This document shows positions 56,303-64,000 of a DNA stretch of 64,000 nucleotides, one piece after another. Location of the stretch: positions 30,586 through 94,585 of the forward strand of contig JAVYSX010000001.1 of the NCBI GenBank assembly GCA_038728965.1, in the 5' to 3' direction. The notes under the pieces were generated by a model. It made no database searches and had not been told where the DNA came from. It saw nothing but the letters and a program-made list of their open reading frames with translations. The translations under genes and the position numbers were made by a program. Source of the stretch: Thermoplasmatales archaeon (lineage in GTDB: Archaea; Thermoplasmatota; Thermoplasmata; Thermoplasmatales; GCA-001856825). The stretch's first letter is position 1. The number at the start of each line of letters is the position of its first letter.

Positions 56303-57772
56303 TTGCAAAAGAATGCGGTTATATCCACCTCCGATAAATCTGGTCTGGAAAGAGTATCTTCCTTTCTGATCGACCAGGGATACGATCTGTTCTGCACAAG
56401 CGGGACCCACGCCTATCTAAATGAGAGGGGCGTAAGATGTGAACCAATCGAGAAAATCGCTCGAACGCCTGAAATCCTGGGTGGTAGGGTGAAGACGCTC
56501 TCGTTCAATCTACTGGCCGGGGTTCTTGCAAAGAACAGGGACGACGAGGAAATAAAACAATTAGGGATAACGCCGGTAGACCTGGTGTACGTTGAACCTT
56601 ACGATTTCAAGAGCAGGTTCATCAGAGGAGATACGGATCTGGTGGAATTTATAGATATAGGGGGGATCACAATTCTTAGATCTGCTGCCAAAAATTTTTA
56701 CAGGGTAATTCCTGTGGTAGGCAAGAAAAATATGGAAAAAGTCTTGGAAGAGATGAGGGACGGCCAGGTCCCCCTGGAGCTCAGGAAGTATCTTGCATCA
56801 GAAGTTTTTAGGTTCACATCGTGGTATGATTACGTTGTTTCCGAATGGTTCAGGGGGGAGGGTGATATCTTTTCACTTGCCGGACAGTCAATTCTGAGAT
56901 TAAGATACGGTGAGAATCCGCACCAGCGCGCATACGCCTATTCAACCTACAACCCGTTCTTCGAAACGGTTAAGGAAGGTAAGGAGATGAGCTTTAACAA
57001 TGTCATGGATGCGTGGTCTGCCTGGGATCTTGTTCTTCGGCTTGGCGCTAATTCTTGCTCAATAGTTAAGCACGGTTCACCCTGTGGCGCTGCGGTTGGT
57101 GCAGATAGTCCAGTGAGGGCCTACGAATCCGATCCTGTCTCTGCGTACGGGGGAGTTATGGCCATTAACGGAGAAGTCGGGGAGTCGGAGGCAGAATTTT
57201 TCCGGGACAAGTACCTTGAAGTGATTATAGCAAAAGATTTTTCGCAAAAAGGACTCCAAATCCTCCAGCGCAAGAAGAATCTCAGAGTTCTCAAAGGCAA
57301 TGAGGATGCGTATCTGGTTCCTGAAGTGAGATCGGTAGGAAATGTGATCTTGGTGCAAGACTGGAACAGAAGATCCGACCTGAAAATGACAGTTAGGACA
57401 GGAGATGTTTCAAAGCAGATGATTGAAGACATAAGATTTGGGTGGGAAGTCGTAAAATCAATAAAGAGCAATGCAATCGTAATAGTTAAGAACTGCTGGA
57501 TGGTTTCTTCCTGCGGTGGTCAACCCAACAGGGTTGATGCTGTGAGGATCGCAGTTGACAGAGCGGAAGAAAACAACAGGATCTCTGATGATGCAATCCT
57601 GATATCAGATGGGTTCTTTCCATTTCCTGACTCCTTAGAATACATGTGGTCAAAAGGTATTAGGAATGTTGCTGCGCCAACCGGTTCAGTAAGGGACAGT
57701 GAGGTTATCTCTCTCGCGAAAGGGTACGGCATGAATTTCGTAGACCTAGGCGAGAGGGCTTTCCGCCACTGA
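56303..57772 (+). CDS. purH: bifunctional AICAR transformylase / IMP cyclohydrolase
   Basis: MGS-like N-terminus (AVISTSDKSGLE...CTSGTHAYL). C-terminal AICARFT region (KHGSPCGAAVG). TTG start. Confidence 0.85.
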   Translation: MQKNAVISTSDKSGLERVSSFLIDQGYDLFCTSGTHAYLNERGVRCEPIEKIARTPEILGGRVKTLSFNLLAGVLAKNRDDEEIKQLGITPVDLVYVEPYDFKSRFIRGDTDLVEFIDIGGITILRSAAKNFYRVIPVVGKKNMEKVLEEMRDGQVPLELRKYLASEVFRFTSWYDYVVSEWFRGEGDIFSLAGQSILRLRYGENPHQRAYAYSTYNPFFETVKEGKEMSFNNVMDAWSAWDLVLRLGANSCSIVKHGSPCGAAVGADSPVRAYESDPVSAYGGVMAINGEVGESEAEFFRDKYLEVIIAKDFSQKGLQILQRKKNLRVLKGNEDAYLVPEVRSVGNVILVQDWNRRSDLKMTVRTGDVSKQMIEDIRFGWEVVKSIKSNAIVIVKNCWMVSSCGGQPNRVDAVRIAVDRAEENNRISDDAILISDGFFPFPDSLEYMWSKGIRNVAAPTGSVRDSEVISLAKGYGMNFVDLGERAFRH

Positions 57773-57773
57773 A

Positions 57774-58547
57774 TCAGGAAATGTACCTGTAAACTCCGGT
57801 TCTAACTTCCATCAGTTCTCCATCATTTAGGAGGTTTCCCAGTTCTTCCTCGATGTTCTCCCTACTCATCTTGCCCTCCAGTCTGTGGACTAATTCCTCA
57901 AGGGAAATCTCCTTGCTTTCTTTAATCTCATCGAGAACTATCTGCCTGTTTTTTCTCGAGAGCCTTTCTGTAAACGAGCTCACCAGGTTCAAGAATTTCT
58001 CCACATCTATTGATCCTTTTAGCTCAAACCTCTTAGAGAGGCCAAACCCGAGTCTATAAGAGCCCATTAATGCGGAAAGCTCCTGCCTGTCCCTCATGCC
58101 GGAGGAAATTACCTTTGCTATCTTTTCTATTCTTTCCTTTAGAAAGGCAACTGCCAGCGCCTGGAAATATCTCATCTCTGTTTCCGAGGCCTTCCTGATT
58201 TCCTCTAAGTAGAATCTTTTAGATATCTGATTCTGCGCTGTTGATAGTGAAATTTTTCCGACTATTACCACAGGATCCTCTACACTGATTTCCTCGAAAA
58301 TCTCAAGACTTTCGGAGAAATAATTCCCCACAACAAGCGTCATATCATTGAAATAATCAGAGACCCTGATCAGAATCCTTTCATTCTCGTCAGACCTTCC
58401 CCCGTATTTTCCGGCTAAGAGGAACCTGCTCAAAGGCAATCCAAGTTCAGTTAACGCCAATGACTGGCCGCTTTCATCAACTACGACCTCATCGGCTCCA
58501 AGCAGTTCGGTGGTAGTTATCCTTATAGCGGGTTCTCTCTGCTTCAT
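57774..58547 (-). CDS. RPA-associated protein (putative small RPA subunit with C-terminal winged helix)
   Basis: ATGA-type overlap with the upstream RPA gene. The C-terminal LLNDGELMEVRTGVYRYIS is winged-helix-like. The call is largely positional. Confidence 0.45.
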   Translation of the reverse strand: MKQREPAIRITTTELLGADEVVVDESGQSLALTELGLPLSRFLLAGKYGGRSDENERILIRVSDYFNDMTLVVGNYFSESLEIFEEISVEDPVVIVGKISLSTAQNQISKRFYLEEIRKASETEMRYFQALAVAFLKERIEKIAKVISSGMRDRQELSALMGSYRLGFGLSKRFELKGSIDVEKFLNLVSSFTERLSRKNRQIVLDEIKESKEISLEELVHRLEGKMSRENIEEELGNLLNDGELMEVRTGVYRYIS

Positions 58548-59788
58548 TTCAACGCCTCCAGCAGCTCGTTATATTGGGACTCGAGCGCGTTATCATCCAG
58601 AAGCTCAAGATCCTGAAATTCAAGGTAGTTACCCCTCTCTCCCTTAAACCCGTAGACAGAAACGTTGGCAACTTTCATTACTATCAACTTCTTTAGCTCT
58701 GGAAGCAGCTCGTTTACCTTATTGCTTTCTATGTACTGTCTTATACTTTCCTTCCCTCCATTTACATATTTCTCAAGGACACGCTGGTATGCGTAAACAA
58801 ACGGTGCGGCATAACCGTCATCTAGAACCAGAGAAAGGCGTAGTATATTTTCCACGGGGGAATCGGGATGGTTAGGACATTTGCCGTCTTTAATTACCTT
58901 CTGACAGGTCGCGCACACACTTACGGTAAGATTTTTTTCAGATATCCTAATTATAATTCCTTTTCCTTTGAACGTCCCCCTCGATGCACCCATCAGAAGT
59001 TCGAGGTTCTTGAATTCCCCGGCACCCTCTAGGGAATTAAATTTAATCTGCGTACCATTACCAATATTGAGGTATAGCCTGTTATTGAACTGCTTTATGG
59101 ATGCACCAGCAATCTCAGCATCACCATCCTTCAACTCAATTCCCCAGCTCTCCACAGGTATACTCCCTGTTTCATCCCTTAATATCCCCTTAAAAAGGGT
59201 TGTTTGTGTTTTCCCCACACCGTCCACCTTGCCTATATAAGTAAGCTTACCGGAGACCTTGATATCGTACATATCAGGATGCAAGTCCTTGATCTTTAGG
59301 CTTTCGTTTCTCAAACTAGGTGCGGAGCGTTCAATGATATTTAACTCGATTCTTGATGAGATAGTTAAATACGGTCTATTGTTGAAATTTCCTACGTACG
59401 CATTAACTATTAGAACAAGGTCATCCCTGGATAACCTGCTTGAACCATCCGGGAACTCAGTAAAGGGTAGGCGGCCGGATCTGTCTTCTATTGACCCTAT
59501 GCACCTGATCTTTTTTATCCCTTCTTTTTCATATTCTGAGCATTTTATGGACGAAACAACACCTAGTATATTCCCCCTGTAACCTGAGGAGATAGTGTTT
59601 ATGAGAGGTGCCCTGAAAAACTTATTCAGATCTCCAGAATATTTCCTGATGAGATCAACGGCAACCTTGACAGGGGGGCGACCTTGGATGGTCGTCTCTT
59701 TCCTGAACTCATCTATGGCCTGGGCATTGCCCTGCACAGCCTCTGAAAGCCTTTTCACGTATTCCTCAATTATTTCGTTTCTAGCCAC
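58544..59788 (-). CDS. rpa: replication protein A (ssDNA-binding, OB folds plus zinc ribbon)
   Basis: Multiple OB-fold-like segments and CATCQKVIKDGKCPNHP zinc motif. 414 aa. Confidence 0.75.
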   Translation of the reverse strand: MARNEIIEEYVKRLSEAVQGNAQAIDEFRKETTIQGRPPVKVAVDLIRKYSGDLNKFFRAPLINTISSGYRGNILGVVSSIKCSEYEKEGIKKIRCIGSIEDRSGRLPFTEFPDGSSRLSRDDLVLIVNAYVGNFNNRPYLTISSRIELNIIERSAPSLRNESLKIKDLHPDMYDIKVSGKLTYIGKVDGVGKTQTTLFKGILRDETGSIPVESWGIELKDGDAEIAGASIKQFNNRLYLNIGNGTQIKFNSLEGAGEFKNLELLMGASRGTFKGKGIIIRISEKNLTVSVCATCQKVIKDGKCPNHPDSPVENILRLSLVLDDGYAAPFVYAYQRVLEKYVNGGKESIRQYIESNKVNELLPELKKLIVMKVANVSVYGFKGERGNYLEFQDLELLDDNALESQYNELLEALK

Positions 59789-59802
59789 CCTGCATCCCCC
59801 TC

Positions 59803-60849
59803 CTATCTCCAGTCTTTCATTGGAAAAAAATTTATCCTCCCCGAACTGCGTGTTATTATATACCTGTGGTAAACGTGGGGCCTTGTAAGGATCTGGTAAG
59901 AGGACAGTTCTTCATCGAAGAACAAGTACTTTTCATCTCTCGTTTCGATACCTAGTTTCCTCATTACCCTTCTCGGTGATTCTGTTATTGCAGAAATTAT
60001 AGAATCCGGTTCTATCCTTGAGAAATTGTGCTGATACTGGTAGAGAAATGAGGCCTCCTCAATAATGTCCGGCTCCACTATGAAAGCGTTATCAGTGCCT
60101 AGAAGAACCTCAATACCCGCATCAAATATTCTCTTGTAATCAGGCCTTTTACCGTGAAAAATATTTGATCTGGGGGTCAAAATAATGGGTATCCCGTTTT
60201 CCCTGATCAGCTCAAGATCGTCCTTCCTCGTCTCTATGCAATGGACTATAAGATCTGGCTTTAGCTTTATGAGCGTTTGAATGTCCTCGCGTTTGTTTTC
60301 ACTGAAATGAATTGCAAAAATCTTACCAAGGCCATGGGCTAGGCCTGCCAGCCTCTCTAGCTCAGGTTCTCCATAGTCAGAAATTGAACTCAGACCGAAT
60401 CCCGCCGATAAGTCTAAAAGTTGCTTTACTTCAGACTTATCAGAGGGTCTTGTCAGGAAGAACCCGTGTATACCATCGAACCTGGGAACAGATCTTATAC
60501 CCTTGATACCGGATTCTCTGAAGTCAAAAAATGCGGAAGTCCCGAGGTTCTTCATATACTCTATCACCTTCTTCATGCTTTTTTTTATATCCCGGACGCC
60601 AGCCTCATTGAGTTTTCTCATCTTGAATCCGGCCGGACCTACAATTGCCGGGATATTACCCACCGGTTCTTCCGAGATAAACGAATCGCCGAGATGGGTG
60701 TGAAAGTTTACAGGACCCTTTAGGAGCGTTCCCCTTACCGAGGTTTTGTACGAATCTGGGACGAAGGAATCCTTCAATACGCTGTATTTGCCGTATGTCA
60801 TATGACCGCTATAGAATATTTTTCCTTCTACAATTAAATCATTCACCAA
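59803..60849 (-). CDS. metal-dependent amidohydrolase (chlorohydrolase/deaminase-like)
   Basis: VNFHTHLGDS metal-binding motif. HCIE and GTDN motifs downstream. Confidence 0.7.
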   Translation of the reverse strand: MVNDLIVEGKIFYSGHMTYGKYSVLKDSFVPDSYKTSVRGTLLKGPVNFHTHLGDSFISEEPVGNIPAIVGPAGFKMRKLNEAGVRDIKKSMKKVIEYMKNLGTSAFFDFRESGIKGIRSVPRFDGIHGFFLTRPSDKSEVKQLLDLSAGFGLSSISDYGEPELERLAGLAHGLGKIFAIHFSENKREDIQTLIKLKPDLIVHCIETRKDDLELIRENGIPIILTPRSNIFHGKRPDYKRIFDAGIEVLLGTDNAFIVEPDIIEEASFLYQYQHNFSRIEPDSIISAITESPRRVMRKLGIETRDEKYLFFDEELSSYQILTRPHVYHRYIITRSSGRINFFPMKDWR

Positions 60850-60902
60850 CTTAAATGATCTCAGTGGTTAAATATTTTTGATTGTTTTTCATATTTCATA
60901 TA

Positions 60903-62162
60903 ATGCATCTATTTTCTAACATCAAGGAGTTCAGGGTTTCGCCAATTAGAGAGAACATTCTTAAGGCTCTAGATTTTTCGTTTACGGTAAATTCCCCTCG
61001 TGAAAAGGTTATGAACTTTCTCCGCGGATTGGATGATATTGGGACGGGGAGGGTTACAATAATCGGGTTTGGAAAGGCAGCAGTAGAGATGTTCAAGGGT
61101 GCCAAGGAATATTTTGGGAACAGAGTTTGGCGTTCTGTATTAATAGCGCCAGGGTATGAAATCAATGAGCCTGAGAGTAGCGTATTACCTGGCGGGCATC
61201 CCCTTCCAACGGCGGAGAGTATCAGGAGCTCTCTAAAGCTATTAGAATCGCTGAAAGGTCTCAGCGAGGATGATCTCGTTGTCGCCCTTATCTCCGGGGG
61301 AGGCTCATCGCTGTTCGAAGCCCTGAGGAGCGGCTGTAATCTTGATTATTTTAACAGTCTCGTAAGCTGTTTGATGAGGAACGGTGCTAGCATATCTGAA
61401 ATTAATGCCATCCGCTACATCTGCTCAGAGGTGAAGGGGGGAGGGCTCCTAAAGTATACGTTCCCAGCAAGGGTCTTGGGGCTAATAATATCAGATGTAC
61501 CGGGAGATGATGTAAACACTGTGGCTTCCGGACCAACCGGTGCACCCCCTTCCATAGATTCAATAAATGCTGTTATTGAAAAATATGACAGGGTTTGTAG
61601 ATTCCCGAATATTCCTTATTCCAGGGATTTTGCACGATCACCATGCAGAAATCATATCATCCTGAGGAATGCTGACTTTGTAGATGCCGTTGTAACATAT
61701 TTGATGAACAAGGGGGAAATAGCAGTGAACGTTGGGTCTGGAATACAGGACTCAACACAGGCGGTGGCACAAGTGATCTTGAAACGTGCTAGGAATGAGT
61801 TTAGAAAGTGGAAGCGAGGCCTATATATGGTGGGTGGTGGAGAAACGTCTACAGTAAGGGTAGGAAATGCGAAAGGGGGGAGGAACCTCGAACTCTGCCT
61901 GAGGGTACTGACCCTTATAGAGGATGGGGAGAAAATTTATTTCGGAAGTTTCGGGACTGACGGCATCGATGGATCCAGCGGTGCCATGGGTGCGTTGGTG
62001 GATAATCAGACCCTATCTATTCTTGGCCGGGAGAAAATAGAGGATTTTCTCTCTAGGAGCGAAAGCTTATCGCCACTGCTGGAAACGCACGATGTCCTTT
62101 ACACAGGCCCTACAGGAACAAATGTATCAGACATTTTCATAATTTATTACTCAAGAGAATAG
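60903..62162 (+). CDS. MOFRL-family glycerate 2-kinase
   Basis: GFGKAA, ISGGGSSLFE and VGGGETSTV motifs. TTAAATATTTTT box about 25-30 nt before ATG 60903 suggests a leaderless start. The tracked TTG at 60882 is the alternative. Confidence 0.75.
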   Translation: MHLFSNIKEFRVSPIRENILKALDFSFTVNSPREKVMNFLRGLDDIGTGRVTIIGFGKAAVEMFKGAKEYFGNRVWRSVLIAPGYEINEPESSVLPGGHPLPTAESIRSSLKLLESLKGLSEDDLVVALISGGGSSLFEALRSGCNLDYFNSLVSCLMRNGASISEINAIRYICSEVKGGGLLKYTFPARVLGLIISDVPGDDVNTVASGPTGAPPSIDSINAVIEKYDRVCRFPNIPYSRDFARSPCRNHIILRNADFVDAVVTYLMNKGEIAVNVGSGIQDSTQAVAQVILKRARNEFRKWKRGLYMVGGGETSTVRVGNAKGGRNLELCLRVLTLIEDGEKIYFGSFGTDGIDGSSGAMGALVDNQTLSILGREKIEDFLSRSESLSPLLETHDVLYTGPTGTNVSDIFIIYYSRE

Positions 62163-62271
62163 CTATAACGTCTGACCCTGCTTTTTGTTAAGAGAGATAT
62201 TTTCAGGAGCTCAGGAATGCGTTCTATAGGATTTTGGTAAAAGCTTAGATTGATCATGTTATACTGTATTT

Positions 62272-63423
62272 ATGGAAAAAATCTTGATGATACCGGGTCC
62301 GATAGAGTATGAAAGCGACGTTCTTAATATTATGTCCTTACCAACGATATCGCATAACTCGAAGGAGTTCATTTCGGAATATCGGAGTTCGCTTAAAAAC
62401 CTATTGTCCATTTTTGGTGCCTCGCCCGACTCGCTGCCCTTCATAATATCTGGCTCCGGAACGCTCTCAATGGAGATCTCCACAGTAAATTTCATCTCGA
62501 GAAACTCCAAGGTACTTGTCATAAGCACTGGCTACTTCGGGGAGCGGTTTGCAAATCTCCTTTCGCGGTTCACAAAGAATGTTGAAATTTTGAGGTTGCC
62601 TCTGGGATCGGCCGCAGAACCAAAAGAGCTGTACGAGATGGTGACAAAGAATGGATATGACATCGTGACTGTCACACACGTAGATACCAGTACTGGGGTT
62701 AGGAATGATATCAAGGAAATTGCAAATCTTATCAGAGAAACCAGTTCATTGCTTGTAGTCGATGCGGTTTGCTCTGCCGGCGGGGAACACCTCAGGATGG
62801 ATTGGGGTATTGACGTTGCCTTTTCCGCATCGCAGAAGGCGCTAGGGGCCCCGCCAGGACTAGCTGTAGGTGTGGTTGGGGAAAGGGCCCTGAGAGTAAT
62901 GGAAAGTAAGGAGCCTCTAACATATTACTCCGATCTAAGGAATTGGGCACCTACAATAAGGAATACCTTGGACGCAAAACCTTCATATTTCGCTACCCCT
63001 AATGTAAACCTTGTAAGGGGTTTAAGAGTAAGTCTGGATTCTATAATACGGGAGGGTCTGGATTCTAGGATTAGGAGGCACGGGATCATCGGAGAAGCAT
63101 TCAGGACTGCCTTTAACGAAATGGGGCTTAAGTTAATTGCTGATAAATCATTTGCAAACACCGTTTCCGCGATATACCTACCTGGAGGTGTGGAATTGCC
63201 GAAATTCCTAAGTTCAGCTGAGAACAGAGGCTTTGTCTTTGCTGGAGGGCTGATCGAGGGGATTTCTGCTAGGTACTTTAGGATCGGTCATATGGGTATA
63301 ATAGGTTCAACTGAAGTACTCGGAGCGATAGATGCGATTGAATATTCCCTAAAAAGTAACGGGTATAAAGTGGAGGGCGGTACTGCAATATCCGCAGCAC
63401 AGGAGGTACTGGCCAAATTATGA
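62272..63423 (+). CDS. class V aminotransferase (serine/alanine-glyoxylate or serine-pyruvate type)
   Basis: PGP N-terminus, HVDTSTG and PLP lysine in SASQKALG. 383 aa. Confidence 0.8.
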   Translation: MEKILMIPGPIEYESDVLNIMSLPTISHNSKEFISEYRSSLKNLLSIFGASPDSLPFIISGSGTLSMEISTVNFISRNSKVLVISTGYFGERFANLLSRFTKNVEILRLPLGSAAEPKELYEMVTKNGYDIVTVTHVDTSTGVRNDIKEIANLIRETSSLLVVDAVCSAGGEHLRMDWGIDVAFSASQKALGAPPGLAVGVVGERALRVMESKEPLTYYSDLRNWAPTIRNTLDAKPSYFATPNVNLVRGLRVSLDSIIREGLDSRIRRHGIIGEAFRTAFNEMGLKLIADKSFANTVSAIYLPGGVELPKFLSSAENRGFVFAGGLIEGISARYFRIGHMGIIGSTEVLGAIDAIEYSLKSNGYKVEGGTAISAAQEVLAKL

Positions 63424-63475
63424 ACTGAACCCCCCAACTCTTAAATAGAAGCCTGAAGATCACGATTAGATTTGT

Positions 63476-63691
63476 ATGACGGAGGGGACATTGAATAAAG
63501 AGTATGTTTCCGGGAGGAGAGACCAGTTTGATCTTGATCTCACGACGTTCTGGGAATGCGTGCGTGAGACGAAGACGCGGGACGAACTGATAACCCTTTT
63601 CAAAGATAGGATGTCGATGATAATATCAAGACTCGCTTATGAGAGGGCTAAAAATTTGAAGGACGAGATAGAGCTGGCAGATAATTATTGA
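63476..63691 (+). CDS. hypothetical small protein (71 aa)
   Basis: ORF only. Confidence 0.35.
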   Translation: MTEGTLNKEYVSGRRDQFDLDLTTFWECVRETKTRDELITLFKDRMSMIISRLAYERAKNLKDEIELADNY

Positions 63692-63978
63692 CGGTATCGA
63701 TCATCACCATTCAAGAGATCCTCTATTTCTTGCACCTTTAGCGCGACTGCCCTTCCCTTTTCCGTGAGTGATATTATATTCCTTTTTGGATATGTTGAAA
63801 CGTCCACCCTCTTCTGAATAAGTTTTAATTTCTCTAGAAGGTCAATGGATCTCAGGAGCTGGATGTTTGGTATATCCGTCTCGTCCAGTATTAGAGTGAC
63901 GTATGACGGACCCTTTAATAGATGAAGCAGCAGTCTCATTGCGCCAGATTGTGTTTCCAGCGCCTTGATCTTTGGCAT
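63685..63978 (-). CDS. small winged-helix DNA-binding protein
   Basis: 97 aa. LLHLLKGPSYVTLILDETDIPNIQLLRSIDLLEKLKLIQKR...ISLTEKG fits a wHTH pattern. Confidence 0.55.
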   Translation of the reverse strand: MPKIKALETQSGAMRLLLHLLKGPSYVTLILDETDIPNIQLLRSIDLLEKLKLIQKRVDVSTYPKRNIISLTEKGRAVALKVQEIEDLLNGDDRYRQ

Positions 63979-64000
63979 AACCTGAATTCAATCGTTCGTA

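Overview
This window is a densely packed archaeal chromosome segment of about 60 genes. I recognised no rRNA, tRNA, CRISPR array or intact mobile element. All identifications come from reading motifs in the supplied translations and the DNA; no searches were run.

The housekeeping genes are archaeal. They include Csl4, LSm, a Kae1-Bud32 fusion, archaeal-type adenylate kinase and SAM synthetase, RPA with a partner protein, SMC-ScpA, two tricorn-factor-like M1 aminopeptidases and a MOFRL glycerate 2-kinase. Together with AT-rich AGR/ATA codon use, this suggests a Thermoplasmatota-like euryarchaeon. That placement is inference only.

The main feature is a 15.5 kb dissimilatory sulfur island at 13070-28594.
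- An aprB-aprA-qmoA-qmoB-qmoC operon lies on the minus strand.
- A Bat-type HTH regulator and a stand-alone DsrE-like gene lie between the two operons.
- A 580 bp non-coding leader precedes the plus-strand operon.
- An eight-gene, translationally coupled operon follows on the plus strand: dsrC, a 100-aa zinc-ribbon ORF, dsrA, dsrB, dsrM, dsrK, cobA and sirC.
- No sat, dsrD, dsrJOP, dsrN, dsrL or dsrEFH is present in the window.

The uncharacterised zinc-ribbon ORF wedged between dsrC and dsrA is the most novel-looking single element.

Next to the island is a nearly complete tetrapyrrole cluster (31830-40296). It mixes hemE and hemH with an AhbD/NirJ-like radical SAM enzyme and a HemJ-like membrane protein, which suggests a hybrid anaerobic haem route.

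Other points of note:
- Two gene-poor stretches (43308-44614 and 48625-49806) carry internal repeats or fragmentary ORFs.
- A perfect 11-bp inverted repeat brackets a TATA-like element at the smc start.
- Two Shine-Dalgarno-preceded micro-ORFs sit where scpB would be expected.
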